In this document: piece after piece, positions 18,107 through 28,412 of the stretch
How positions within the stretch are numbered: position 1 is the stretch's first letter
How the letters are laid out: every line of letters begins with the position of its first letter
Assembly: GCA_035551775.1 (NCBI GenBank)
Contig: DASZMQ010000014.1
Span: 523,403-587,402 of the forward strand
Reading direction: 5' to 3'
Length of the DNA stretch: 64,000 bases
Source of the DNA: Mucilaginibacter sp.
GTDB lineage: Bacteria; Bacteroidota; Bacteroidia; Sphingobacteriales; Sphingobacteriaceae
The notes under the pieces: model-generated
The model's input: only the letters and a program-made list of their open reading frames with translations
What the model was told of the DNA's origin: nothing
Database searches by the model: none
Program-made: the position numbers and the translations under genes

Positions 18107-19423
18107 TTATTTGGTTAGTTTCAGTTTCTGCCAGATAAGCTCGCCCACCTGGCGGCCTTGTTTAGCGCCCAGGAGCGAACTATTGAGGTAATGTATACCT
18201 CCGTAGAACCGGCTCATCGCGGTTTCATCCGACGCCTGCAAGAATGATTTAAAATCGCGCTGCATGCCGATATATTTCCGGTCGCTGGTATCCCGGAAGG
18301 CAAAATTGTCGCCGAACTCATGGGTCAATACGACTGCAGACGCCGCACTGATGGTGCTATGGCCCGCGGTATATTCCGGGAAAGGCGGTGTCTGCAGCAA
18401 TGGCAGCCAGTTGTGATCTATTTTTTCGTTGATCACCGTTACGGGCCGGACATAAGCATATTTATACTTCACCTCCCAGCACGTTATAAACGACTCGAAA
18501 AGGGCCACTGAAGTTAACGCGTATGCCTGGGCGGTTTTAAGGGCGTCCGCATGGGTCTTTCTGCACGCGATGGTGGTGATCCCTATCCAATGCCCTCCCG
18601 GGGTGATCTTTTTATCGGCAAACATCATGTGCCCATTGTGGACGACGACGAATGGGTTATCGTCCCAATAAGTGGCAATCTTCTGTTGTTCCTTTGTCAG
18701 GTGCTTATTTGTATCATATACCATTTTTAGCTGCTTGAAGTAGGCGCTCGTAGTATCGTCGCTATACCTGGGCGGAGGCGGGGGCATAAATATGGTTGAA
18801 GAATCTACCAGGAGTGTGTGCATGTCGCCCCAGCAAAACTCTACACCATCCATATAATCCGGCGGGGTTGGTCTCCATTTACCCGGTGAATTACTCCCCA
18901 GGTATTTAGGTTTTCCGCGCGTCTGAGGGTAATCATCAATGTTAGCCCTTTTCAGGACAGTATTCCCGATTTTCTCGCCCAGTTCCATTGAATTGGCATA
19001 CGTCGAGTCGGGCAGCGCATTCTTAAACAAGCCATATATATGGTCCTCGTACCTTTTCAGCGTATCAACAGAGAAAGTTACTTTATGGGCCACAGTGAAA
19101 AATGCTTTGGTTGCGGCCAGGGTGAAATTATAGCCTTTGCCCTTTCCAGGTTCGGGCATCTTATCAAAACCTCTTAGCTGAGCGGTGATCGAATTATATC
19201 TTGGATCGGCGTATTTCATGGCCTCATAGCTTGCCAGGTTCGTGTAGCCGTAGATGCGCGCCGCGACCGGCGGGGTAAAAACGTCGTAAATGATCACATT
19301 CGTCAACTCATCTTCATTCGCATGCAATATATCGGCATCAGCCGGCAGGCTGCCGCTTTTGTGACCACAAGAGGCCAGGGCGCCGGCAAATAAAATTGCA
19401 ATAACCAGTTTTATATCCTTCAT
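18107..19423 (-). CDS. PAP2-superfamily protein, vanadium-dependent haloperoxidase-like
   Basis: Lipoprotein signal (GALASC). The three PAP2 motifs are readable: K-x6-RP (KYKYAYVRP), AGHS (YTAGHSTIS) and SR-x5-H (SRFYGGIH). Confidence 0.7.
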   Translation of the reverse strand: MKDIKLVIAILFAGALASCGHKSGSLPADADILHANEDELTNVIIYDVFTPPVAARIYGYTNLASYEAMKYADPRYNSITAQLRGFDKMPEPGKGKGYNFTLAATKAFFTVAHKVTFSVDTLKRYEDHIYGLFKNALPDSTYANSMELGEKIGNTVLKRANIDDYPQTRGKPKYLGSNSPGKWRPTPPDYMDGVEFCWGDMHTLLVDSSTIFMPPPPPRYSDDTTSAYFKQLKMVYDTNKHLTKEQQKIATYWDDNPFVVVHNGHMMFADKKITPGGHWIGITTIACRKTHADALKTAQAYALTSVALFESFITCWEVKYKYAYVRPVTVINEKIDHNWLPLLQTPPFPEYTAGHSTISAASAVVLTHEFGDNFAFRDTSDRKYIGMQRDFKSFLQASDETAMSRFYGGIHYLNSSLLGAKQGRQVGELIWQKLKLTK

Positions 19424-19431
19424 CTCTTTAA

Positions 19432-22400
19432 TTAATTAACGGCTAAATTTCTTGTATGTCCAAAACTGTCTGTCACGGTAACTGAGGCCATTGAACTGTC
19501 AATATTAATATATCTGCCCGATTGCGACAAGAAGGAATCGCCATAGTAAAACTCCTGTTTGGTTATCTTGCCGTTCCGGTACCTGATCATGGCGTACATA
19601 TCCATCGGCCGTAGTTTAACAAGGTGAACATTCCGTTTTAGCCCGAATATTTTCATTGCGCCCCTGTTCTGGCTGGCTGCCAGCAGATAGTCGCCTTTGG
19701 CCCCCATTACTTTTACCAGGGCCTTCCCGTTGCCGGGGATGTAGATCCCGCTTTGCAATATACTAAGCGGCGTAAAGTTACCCTTCCCGTCCCCCTTCAT
19801 CATCAGGCCGTTGAGCGCATCATAACGCCCGGTGGTTAATTCGGTACCGTAGTCGTTGCCATTGATCACCACATCCAGGTTTCCGTCCCCGTCAAAATCG
19901 TCCACAGCCATGCCGCACAGCTCTGAAATTTGTGCCTGCAGCGGCAGCGGAATGATCTTAAACTTACCGCCGCCTTCGTTATGCAGGTAAACCGACTGCA
20001 GCATATTCGCTTTCAGCCGGAGGGCCCCTTTGCGCATATCCGCCGGGATCACGTCGTCCATAGTAGCTACGGCATACGATTTGTAATTCTGGAACTTAAC
20101 GCGCATGCCTATCATTTGCTTCACAATATCGTCCCTGGTATGCACCGGGAATTCCTTCATTTTTCCATCCTGGTCCTTCATGAACACGGATGGAAAGGCA
20201 TCATAGCTGCCATTATTGTCAAAATCCTTAGCGGTGATGTAGGTTGGGTATTGGTCGCTGGCTTTAAAGAAGGTGTTCAGTCCGGTATTGCCCACAATGT
20301 AGTCTGTCCGGCCATTATGCTCGAAATCGCCCGCAACTATGGTGTTCCACCAGCCCAGTGAATCGGCTACGCCGGTGCTGGCGGTTACGTTTTTGAACAC
20401 GCCATGATCATTCTTCAAAAAGGTCACAGGCATCCATTCCCCTGCAAGTACGAGGTCGGGCCAGCCATCGCCGTCGAAATCGGTGAAAAGCGCATCACAC
20501 ACCAGTCCAGCATTGTCCAGGTCTTTAGCAACGCTTGCTGTAACGTCCGTAAATTTCACATGTCCGTCCCTGCTATCATTTCGCAGGATAAAGCTGGAAA
20601 CAGGTTTTGGATAATTCCATGGGTCTACCCTGCCCGATACAAAAAGATCAAGCTTTCCATCCTTGTTATAGTCTACAGCGCGCACACATAATTTGCTTGT
20701 ATGATTTACCGGCAATGCGTCAACGGCTTCTTTAAAATTACCCTTGCCGTCGTTAACATAAAGCCTGTCCTGGTAATATTTGGAGCCGGGTTGTTCGGCA
20801 TAGCCGCCGCTTGCAACGTAGAGATCCGGCTTGCCGTCGCCGTTGGCATCGAACAGGATCAGCCCTTCATCCTTGAAATCATCGTTCACGTTTTGCTGAT
20901 CCGGCGGCAGCAGGCTCCGCTGTATAAATTTGCCGTCGGCTTGCTGCAGGAATACCTGCGACGGATATTTTGATGTGCCGCCTACGATAATATCATCGTA
21001 CCCGTTACCGTCAACATCGCCAACAGCCAGACCCGGAGAATATTCCGACAATTTGTGGGGCAAAAGCTTTTGAATGTTGAAATCAACAAAATCGGCGTCT
21101 TCATGCGTATAATTGACACCGAGCATCCGCGTCACTTCCTTAAACACCGATTGCTTATCCAGCTCGGGTTGAGCAAAGGTGTAAGCTTCCGTTGCGCTAC
21201 CGATGTCCACTTTGAGCAGCTGATCGGCTTTGACATTCGTCAGCGTTTGCTTCTTAAAGTTCTGCCAGCGGATAACAACCGAGTCTATTGTTGTTATGCT
21301 GCCAAGACCAAAATGGGCAATATTTTGAATGGTCGATAAATAACCCCTGAAAGGCGTATTCTCATAAACCTGGTGTTTGCCATGGTCATAGTAAATATCG
21401 GCCCATGCGCCTATTCCATCGATGTTATTCGAACCGCCATGGAACTTGATATTCAGGTAATGGGTATGATCGGGATCTTGCTCCCGGCTCGTGTTCCGGT
21501 AAATCATGGCCTCATCATTGATATTGTTGATGATCACATCCATATCGCCGTCATTATCCAGGTCGGCATATACGGCGCCATTCGAAAAACTAGGCGTACT
21601 GAAACCCCAGCTATTGGTTACATCCTCAAATTCCAGGTTACCTTTGTTCCTGAAGGCATAATTGGCGATCTTAACTACCGGTATCTGGTCAAGCACCTCT
21701 TTTTTTGACGCTATAAAATAGGCTTGTGCCCTGAAGTTCATAAAATCATGGTCGGTCACATCGCGTGGGTAACCGTTGGTGATGATCAGGTCGCGGTAGC
21801 CGTCATTATCAAAATCCGTCAGCAAGGGTCCCCAACTCCAGTCTGTTTGTGACATGCCGGCAAGGAAAGATACCTCGCTGAAAGCAGGGTCTCCTATCGT
21901 GTCGTTCTGCCCTACCCGTGGCCCCTGGTTCAGCTGCAATGTATTCCGCGGATATTGGTACTGGTAATTGTACTTATCCATATTCTGGAAAGCCTGGTAG
22001 TTGTTGGGTTGCATGAACATTTTTTTCCGGTAATTATCCGGCGGGTTCATGTCCAGTTCCACCACGTCGGCAAGGCCGTCGTTATTGATATCCTCGATAT
22101 CCTGGCCCATAGAGCTCAGCGACGTATGCTTGAAATACTCCCTGGTTTTGTCGGTAAATGTACCGTCGTGGTTGTTGATGTACAGAGTATTGTTTGGAAG
22201 AAAGTCATTGGTCACATAAATATCTTTCCAGCCATCCCGGTTAATGTCTACAGTACTTGCGGCGTGGCCATATCCTTCTATCAATATTCCCGCCTGTTTG
22301 GAAACATCATGAAACACAGGGTGCTTTAAGACAGGGTCCCAGTCATTCCTGTACAAATGGCCTGTACTGTGTCCCGAGCCGTCAGTAATTATCGGTTTAA

Positions 22401-23010
22401 AAAGGCTGATGTTATCCGTACTTTCCGCATCATTTACCGTCAGGTACATATCCAGGTCCCCGTCGTTATCATAGTCGAAGAACGATGCCATGGTTGAATA
22501 AAGTGTTATATCCAGCCCATATTCCTTAGCCATTTCTTTGAAATGCGGAACGCCGTTTTTATCCGGTCCCTGGTTAATGTACAGCAGGTTGCGCCGTTTG
22601 GACGAATCGCCTAAAAGCGTATTGCACACGTATATATCCGGCAATCCATCGTTGTTAATATCTACGACAGCGACTCCTCTGCCCCATCCGCCCTTTCCGC
22701 CAATGCCGGCTGCCCGGGTGACATCCTCGAATTGCATGTTGCCTTTGTTGATATAGAGCCTGTTTGATACCGCGTTACCGACAAAGAAAATATCCTGTAA
22801 GCCGTCGCCGTTGAAATCACCCACACCAACACCGCCGCCGTTATAAATATTCAGTTTATCGAGGGGATTGATGCTATCATTCTCGACTATCACATTGTTA
22901 AAATGTACGCCGGAGTGCGATGAGGGTACCTGTTCAAATAAAGTTCTCTTCTTACATGAAAAAACAAACAGGGGGAACAATAGAATAATCCAATAATTAT
23001 GGGACTTCAT
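19432..23010 (-). CDS. Very large VCBS/FG-GAP repeat lipoprotein with two UnbV/ASPIC-like modules (CRTAC1-like)
   Basis: The likely start MKSHNYWIILLFPLFVFSCKK (ATG at complement of 23008-23010) gives a lipoprotein signal. Many DxDxDGxxD loops. Two segments (..DGIGAWADIYYDHGKHQVYE..GYLSTIQNIAHFGLG.. and the C-terminal ..YYGDSFLSQSGRYI..) resemble UnbV/ASPIC. The track ORF extends to 23085. Confidence 0.85.
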   Translation of the reverse strand: MKSHNYWIILLFPLFVFSCKKRTLFEQVPSSHSGVHFNNVIVENDSINPLDKLNIYNGGGVGVGDFNGDGLQDIFFVGNAVSNRLYINKGNMQFEDVTRAAGIGGKGGWGRGVAVVDINNDGLPDIYVCNTLLGDSSKRRNLLYINQGPDKNGVPHFKEMAKEYGLDITLYSTMASFFDYDNDGDLDMYLTVNDAESTDNISLFKPIITDGSGHSTGHLYRNDWDPVLKHPVFHDVSKQAGILIEGYGHAASTVDINRDGWKDIYVTNDFLPNNTLYINNHDGTFTDKTREYFKHTSLSSMGQDIEDINNDGLADVVELDMNPPDNYRKKMFMQPNNYQAFQNMDKYNYQYQYPRNTLQLNQGPRVGQNDTIGDPAFSEVSFLAGMSQTDWSWGPLLTDFDNDGYRDLIITNGYPRDVTDHDFMNFRAQAYFIASKKEVLDQIPVVKIANYAFRNKGNLEFEDVTNSWGFSTPSFSNGAVYADLDNDGDMDVIINNINDEAMIYRNTSREQDPDHTHYLNIKFHGGSNNIDGIGAWADIYYDHGKHQVYENTPFRGYLSTIQNIAHFGLGSITTIDSVVIRWQNFKKQTLTNVKADQLLKVDIGSATEAYTFAQPELDKQSVFKEVTRMLGVNYTHEDADFVDFNIQKLLPHKLSEYSPGLAVGDVDGNGYDDIIVGGTSKYPSQVFLQQADGKFIQRSLLPPDQQNVNDDFKDEGLILFDANGDGKPDLYVASGGYAEQPGSKYYQDRLYVNDGKGNFKEAVDALPVNHTSKLCVRAVDYNKDGKLDLFVSGRVDPWNYPKPVSSFILRNDSRDGHVKFTDVTASVAKDLDNAGLVCDALFTDFDGDGWPDLVLAGEWMPVTFLKNDHGVFKNVTASTGVADSLGWWNTIVAGDFEHNGRTDYIVGNTGLNTFFKASDQYPTYITAKDFDNNGSYDAFPSVFMKDQDGKMKEFPVHTRDDIVKQMIGMRVKFQNYKSYAVATMDDVIPADMRKGALRLKANMLQSVYLHNEGGGKFKIIPLPLQAQISELCGMAVDDFDGDGNLDVVINGNDYGTELTTGRYDALNGLMMKGDGKGNFTPLSILQSGIYIPGNGKALVKVMGAKGDYLLAASQNRGAMKIFGLKRNVHLVKLRPMDMYAMIRYRNGKITKQEFYYGDSFLSQSGRYINIDSSMASVTVTDSFGHTRNLAVN

Positions 23011-23096
23011 TAAAAGATGTATAATACGGTCAGCTAATATATAAAAAAGGGGAAGATGTCTCCATCTTCCCCTTGATATTTTCAAGTAGTTTCAGA

Positions 23097-25070
23097 TCAT
23101 GGATAACCTGCGTTTTGTTTCAAAGCGCCATGCTCTCTTGAGATCTCCTGGGTTGGGATAGGATATATCTCGTTTCTGCCCTGGGTGAAGGTAGAACCAC
23201 TCATAACGGCATCGCCAAAGAATGGCAAAGTTACTGTCTTCCCTGCAATCACCTCGGTATAACTCTTGTAACTTAAATTTGTCGCGATGGCTTTGTTCAA
23301 TACGGCTGCCATATAGCCCGCAGGCTCAGGGGCGCCGGTTCCAGAACCGCCATCCCAGCGCTGAAGATCGAAGAAACGCTGACCTTCCATAGCCAGTTCA
23401 AGCCTTCTCTCAAAGAATACTGCCTGGCGGGCAAATTCTTTGGTGCCACCTGTAATCTGACCGGTATAACGAGCTATCTGGTAATTAGCAGCATTCTGGG
23501 TGTTATCAACAATTGGTTTGGTTGGATCGTTTCCGGTATAACCTGTCAGACGGCCTTTAACCCAGTTTTCAGGATGGTCAACCATACGGCCACGCACCTG
23601 GTTCACCAAAGCCTCAGCCCCTGCCTGGTTGCCCAGCTCTACGTCGCACTCCGCTTGAAGCAACAGGATATCCGAAAAACGGATCATGTTGTAGTTCATT
23701 GCCGAAGACTGTCCCGGTGCCCAACCGCCATAGCTTTCGCTCGCGCTTGCGGCTTCGCTTTTCCTGTACACGTTCTTCATGTTGATGTATGGTCCTGCGT
23801 CAGTCTGCGCACGTGCCCAGCTGGCTCCCGGCATTTCACCGTAATCAAGAAATGGGATACCCCTTCTGCCTGCGGTCCAGTCTAAGCGCGGGTCCACGGG
23901 CGTCGTTACATCGGGCATATAGGCGGGGTCTGTAGCGTCCACACCCTGATCCGACTTTAATGTGGATGTATTATGCGGGTTTCCACTATTATACGTATCA
24001 GCAGGATTGATCGCACCACCATCATAATCATAGTTTCCGAGTGTACCGTCGGAATTAATGAACGGCAGCCCTTGTGCATTTACTTTAAACGCATTTACAA
24101 GCGTAAATGACGGCTGATAGAAACCGCAGCAGCCCGTAGGGCCCGCAGCCGGAAAGTTCAAAACGTCGCCGGGGTTACCATTAGCGCCGCTTGAACCATC
24201 TTGTACAGTCATTTGAACTGCGAATACGGCCTCCGCCCCATTCTTCATAGCGGCATCAAAGTTGTTGTTGAAATTTGTGTTCAGCGCAAATTTCACGTTC
24301 TGGTCATTAACACCATTTGTGATGATATCAGTCAATGCATTAGATGCATCCTGATATTTGTGTTCAAACATAAGCGCCCTGGCCAGGAAAGCCTCAGCGG
24401 CATATTTATTAGCGCGGCCAAGCTGGGCCTGGGTTGCAGGCAATGCCCCCATAGCATCAGTCAGGTCTTTCTCCACCTTGTCCCAGATCGGGCCCGGGTT
24501 ACCTACGTCGTAGTTGTTTTTCGTATAGGTAACGGTCTCGTCTATATAAGGTACGTTACGATAAACTTTGGACAACTCTTCATTGAACACGCCGCGCAGG
24601 AATTTAGCTTCAGCTGTTACTTCAGCCGCATAGTCCTTGGTAAGCGAACCGTCTGTTACCAGCGGTATCTCACGCAGCACGTCATTGGCGCGCTGAACGC
24701 CATCAAGGCACACCAGCCATTTGGTAATCACATAATTGTTTGAACCGTCAACGCTATGGTTCATGATGGAAGCCGCGTCAGGCTGGTCGGTCGGGTTCGA
24801 GCCTTTGTTGGCGTCATCAGACGCGATACCGCCGAAATGCCAGTTACTTACTGATCCACCCCAGGTGTCACCGGTAGCTGTTGGGTTACCACTCATCGGC
24901 AGCAGGGCATAAGCACCAATAAGAAGCCCGTCGACACCCGCCTTGCTTGCCAATACGTTCGGCAGCACGGAATTTACCACCGGCTGGTTGAGGAATTTCT
25001 TACACGAATAGGATAGCGTAAGAAATATCAACGCGAACGGGATGATAAATTTAAAAATCGATTTTTTCAT
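23097..25070 (-). CDS. RagB/SusD-family nutrient-binding outer membrane lipoprotein
   Basis: 657 aa. Lipobox LSYSCKK. Typical SusD C-terminus (..RxxELAxEGQRFFDLQRW.. and ..IYPIPTQEI..). Immediately downstream of SusC. Confidence 0.9.
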   Translation of the reverse strand: MKKSIFKFIIPFALIFLTLSYSCKKFLNQPVVNSVLPNVLASKAGVDGLLIGAYALLPMSGNPTATGDTWGGSVSNWHFGGIASDDANKGSNPTDQPDAASIMNHSVDGSNNYVITKWLVCLDGVQRANDVLREIPLVTDGSLTKDYAAEVTAEAKFLRGVFNEELSKVYRNVPYIDETVTYTKNNYDVGNPGPIWDKVEKDLTDAMGALPATQAQLGRANKYAAEAFLARALMFEHKYQDASNALTDIITNGVNDQNVKFALNTNFNNNFDAAMKNGAEAVFAVQMTVQDGSSGANGNPGDVLNFPAAGPTGCCGFYQPSFTLVNAFKVNAQGLPFINSDGTLGNYDYDGGAINPADTYNSGNPHNTSTLKSDQGVDATDPAYMPDVTTPVDPRLDWTAGRRGIPFLDYGEMPGASWARAQTDAGPYINMKNVYRKSEAASASESYGGWAPGQSSAMNYNMIRFSDILLLQAECDVELGNQAGAEALVNQVRGRMVDHPENWVKGRLTGYTGNDPTKPIVDNTQNAANYQIARYTGQITGGTKEFARQAVFFERRLELAMEGQRFFDLQRWDGGSGTGAPEPAGYMAAVLNKAIATNLSYKSYTEVIAGKTVTLPFFGDAVMSGSTFTQGRNEIYPIPTQEISREHGALKQNAGYP

Positions 25071-25109
25071 AATTTGAAATTTTAATATTTTTTACTAAAC
25101 ATCTTTTTC

Positions 25110-28100
25110 TTAGAATGTCAGGTTCACACCTACAATGTACTGTCTTTGGTTGTTCGGATAGTTACCCTCGTCTATACCAAAAGAGCTCTGACGTCCCGTA
25201 CCCGGAGGAAGCTCAGGGTCAAGGCCGTTATACGGTGTAAAGGTGAACGGGTTTGTAGCCTGCAGATAAATGCGCAGCTTGCTCATACCAATAGTTTTAA
25301 TGATCTTAGGATCAAAGGTATATCCCAATTGTATGGTCCTAACCTTCAGGAACGATGCATTTTGCACATAGAACGAACTGGTTTGGGTGGTACCCATAGT
25401 ATTCAGGTCGCTCTGTATTGGCAATAACGGGTTGGTTACACCCGGAGCACCAAAGGAGTTGTGCAAGGCATCATTTGATTTTGCACCGTTAAATGAACCG
25501 TAGAAATCTGTCCAGTACAAAGTATAGTTATATACCTGGTTGCCGTATGAGCCGTATAGAACAGCTCCAAGATCAAAGTTCTTATAGCTTGCCCCTAAAT
25601 TGATACCATAAGTAAAGTCAGGGTTCGGATTGCCTATGAAGGTACGGTCAGCGTCATTGACCTGGCCGTCGCCGTTTACATCGGCATACCTAAACGAACC
25701 GGGCTGGGCGCCTGCGTAGGCAACTACACCCGGGTTGGGTGTCCATGCTTTGGTCGACGGATCCTGGGTAAACTCATTGGTGTTATAGAATCCAATTACT
25801 TTGTAACCATAGAACTCGCCTATAGGATGGCCAACTTCGTCGCGTACGATATCATTTACACGGTTACCTGCGTCATCGATATAATTACCAGGCAGGCTTG
25901 TAATCTTGTTGGTGTATTTTGTAATGTTAATACCAAAATGATATTTAAAGTCGTTGCCAACTGAATTGCGATAGTCAATAGCAAGGTCAAAACCGTTGTT
26001 TTGCACGTCACCAAGGTTGATCTGAGGAGCACCTGTGTCGCCGAGACCAACTGTAGCAGGCAATGATGCCGCGAACAACAGGCCGCTGATCGTTTTCCTA
26101 TACCAGTCGAATGTGATATCGAAGTGATTAAACAACGTAGCATCAAAACCAAAGTCCAGGGTCTTATCAGTTTCCCATGTAGTTTTTTGGTTGCCCACAT
26201 TGCTATAGTAGAAACCCTGGCTGGTTCCGTTGCCGCCGTTGATCGCATAGTCACCATTACCCAGGGCTGAGTTAAACAGGTCATATGCATTGCCGCCGCC
26301 TACGTTCTTATTATTACCGGCTTCACCCCAGCTTCCGCGGATCTTCAGGTCATTGATCCAGGTAACTGACTTCAGGAAGTCTTCCTGTGAAATACGCCAT
26401 GCTGCCGAAACCGATGGGAAGGTACCCCACTGTACGCCCGGATAGAATGCCGAGTAACCGTCGCGGCGTATTGTAGCCCGCAAAATATATTTATCATTAT
26501 AAATATAATCTATGCTTCCAAAGAATGATTGGGTGGCTAAAGGCTGGTCAGCAGCGCTTCCGCGGGTAAGGGTGGCGGTCGCGTTGCTCAGGTTGACATA
26601 AGCAGGAGCAGTTGAGAAAAGACTGGCGCCATTACCATATATATAGCGGCCATAACCATACAGCTGCTCAAAACCCACCATCGCGGTTAAGTTATGCTTA
26701 CCAAAGGTTTGGGCATACTTAACGGTATTGGTCCAGTTGTAATTGCTGTAATAGCCGGCCCCTTCAGAAACAGTGTTAGGATTGCCATGAGACTCATAGT
26801 CCATGTATGCAGGCGTAGAAAAATCATTATAGTAATAGTTGTCGATGTTTCCGCCCATGCTAATGTGCGCAGTGAAATGCTTCAGGAAATCCAGTTCGGC
26901 GTACACATTGCCCTGTATGTTCCAGTTCCTGCTTAATTGGTTATTGAACTGATAGGCTGCCGCAACAGGGTTTGAAGCGTTACCAAGGGGTTCACCGCCT
27001 GGTCCGTCATAGTCGCCGCCGAATTGCTTACCTGAAATATCATACACAGGTATCTGGGGCATTTCGCGATAAGTCTCCGAGATCGGATCGCCTTCGTTCT
27101 GGTTGAGTAACCCTCCCTGGCCAGGATATGCACCTGTACCGCCTTCAGGAGACAAAGTATAATAGAAGAATCCGCTTTCACCCACCCTAAGGTTTTTCAA
27201 TATATTAAAGGTGGTGTTGATACGGGTCTCGTAGCGCTTATAATAAGTATAAGCTTCGGTACCTTGCTGATCAAGATAACCTACTGACAAGTAGTAATTG
27301 TTCTTGTCATTAGCGCCGCTTGCGGTTACCGTATGGTATTGCTCTGGCGCAGCCTTGAACAGTTCATGGAACCAATCGGTACCCGATTGATTGAATTTTT
27401 GTACCAGGAAGTCGTTTGCAGCGTTGGTGGGATCAAAATGATAATCCGCCAAAAGGTCGGCTGGTACCGCCGGATAGCCCGTACCGCCTGCAACACCGGA
27501 TGCGCTGGCGCCGCTGGGTAATACGCCCTGGTAACCGTATACAGGTAAAGTACCTGCACCGCCCTGGTATATCTTGTTGTAAACACTACCGTCACCGGCG
27601 AGGTAAGACAAACTTGACATACCGGAAGGTGATAGGATATTGAATACGTTACCGCCTTTAGGCACCTGCGTACCATAGTACGCATCATAAGAAATAGTAG
27701 AAGCGCCGGCCTTACCGTGCTTGGTGGTGATAATGATTACACCGTTACCACCGTTTACACCGTAAATAGCTGTTGCGCCTGCGTCTTTCAGTACCTGGAT
27801 GCTTTCGATGTCGTTCGGGTTGATCGTCGACATGTTGTTACCCTGGACACCGTCGATAACATACAACGGCTGCGAGTTGTCCAGGTTGCTGATACCACGA
27901 ACAAACACCGCGCTACCACCACCCGGCTGACCTTGTGTAACTACGGTTACACCGGCTGCCTGGCCCTGCAATAACTGGTCAGTACTACCACCTGTCGGGA
28001 TCTTTTTGGCATCGGCCACGTTGACTATCGCCACCGACGAGGCAATATCCTTTTTACGCTGCGACTGATAGCCCGTCACCACAACTTCATTCAAAGTGCT

Positions 28101-28412
28101 GTTGGTAACGTCCAGCGTAATGGTACCGAGGTCGGCCGAATTGACGGTAACGGTCTTGGGCGCGTAACCGATATAGGATATGACTAAGACATATCCTGTT
28201 TTACCGGTCAAAGTAAAGTTACCATTCACGTCAGTCACGACACCTACGTTTGTACCTTTAATTTTTACGGTAGCCCCGATTATCGGCTGTTTATCATCGG
28301 ATCCGATGACTTTACCGCTAATCTTTGTTTGGGCCGTAACTGCCAATGAGGATAGGAGGCATAGGATCAGTATGCACATCGTCCTTCCTTTTAGAAGTAA
28401 ACTTTTAAACAT
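25110..28412 (-). CDS. SusC/RagA-family TonB-dependent outer membrane transporter
   Basis: 1100 aa. Carboxypeptidase-regulatory-like N-domain (ISGKVIGSDDKQPIIGATVKIKGT). Plug (LQGQAAGVTV...VRGISN...PLYVIDGV). C-terminal ...VGVNLTF. Confidence 0.92.
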   Translation of the reverse strand: MFKSLLLKGRTMCILILCLLSSLAVTAQTKISGKVIGSDDKQPIIGATVKIKGTNVGVVTDVNGNFTLTGKTGYVLVISYIGYAPKTVTVNSADLGTITLDVTNSTLNEVVVTGYQSQRKKDIASSVAIVNVADAKKIPTGGSTDQLLQGQAAGVTVVTQGQPGGGSAVFVRGISNLDNSQPLYVIDGVQGNNMSTINPNDIESIQVLKDAGATAIYGVNGGNGVIIITTKHGKAGASTISYDAYYGTQVPKGGNVFNILSPSGMSSLSYLAGDGSVYNKIYQGGAGTLPVYGYQGVLPSGASASGVAGGTGYPAVPADLLADYHFDPTNAANDFLVQKFNQSGTDWFHELFKAAPEQYHTVTASGANDKNNYYLSVGYLDQQGTEAYTYYKRYETRINTTFNILKNLRVGESGFFYYTLSPEGGTGAYPGQGGLLNQNEGDPISETYREMPQIPVYDISGKQFGGDYDGPGGEPLGNASNPVAAAYQFNNQLSRNWNIQGNVYAELDFLKHFTAHISMGGNIDNYYYNDFSTPAYMDYESHGNPNTVSEGAGYYSNYNWTNTVKYAQTFGKHNLTAMVGFEQLYGYGRYIYGNGASLFSTAPAYVNLSNATATLTRGSAADQPLATQSFFGSIDYIYNDKYILRATIRRDGYSAFYPGVQWGTFPSVSAAWRISQEDFLKSVTWINDLKIRGSWGEAGNNKNVGGGNAYDLFNSALGNGDYAINGGNGTSQGFYYSNVGNQKTTWETDKTLDFGFDATLFNHFDITFDWYRKTISGLLFAASLPATVGLGDTGAPQINLGDVQNNGFDLAIDYRNSVGNDFKYHFGINITKYTNKITSLPGNYIDDAGNRVNDIVRDEVGHPIGEFYGYKVIGFYNTNEFTQDPSTKAWTPNPGVVAYAGAQPGSFRYADVNGDGQVNDADRTFIGNPNPDFTYGINLGASYKNFDLGAVLYGSYGNQVYNYTLYWTDFYGSFNGAKSNDALHNSFGAPGVTNPLLPIQSDLNTMGTTQTSSFYVQNASFLKVRTIQLGYTFDPKIIKTIGMSKLRIYLQATNPFTFTPYNGLDPELPPGTGRQSSFGIDEGNYPNNQRQYIVGVNLTF

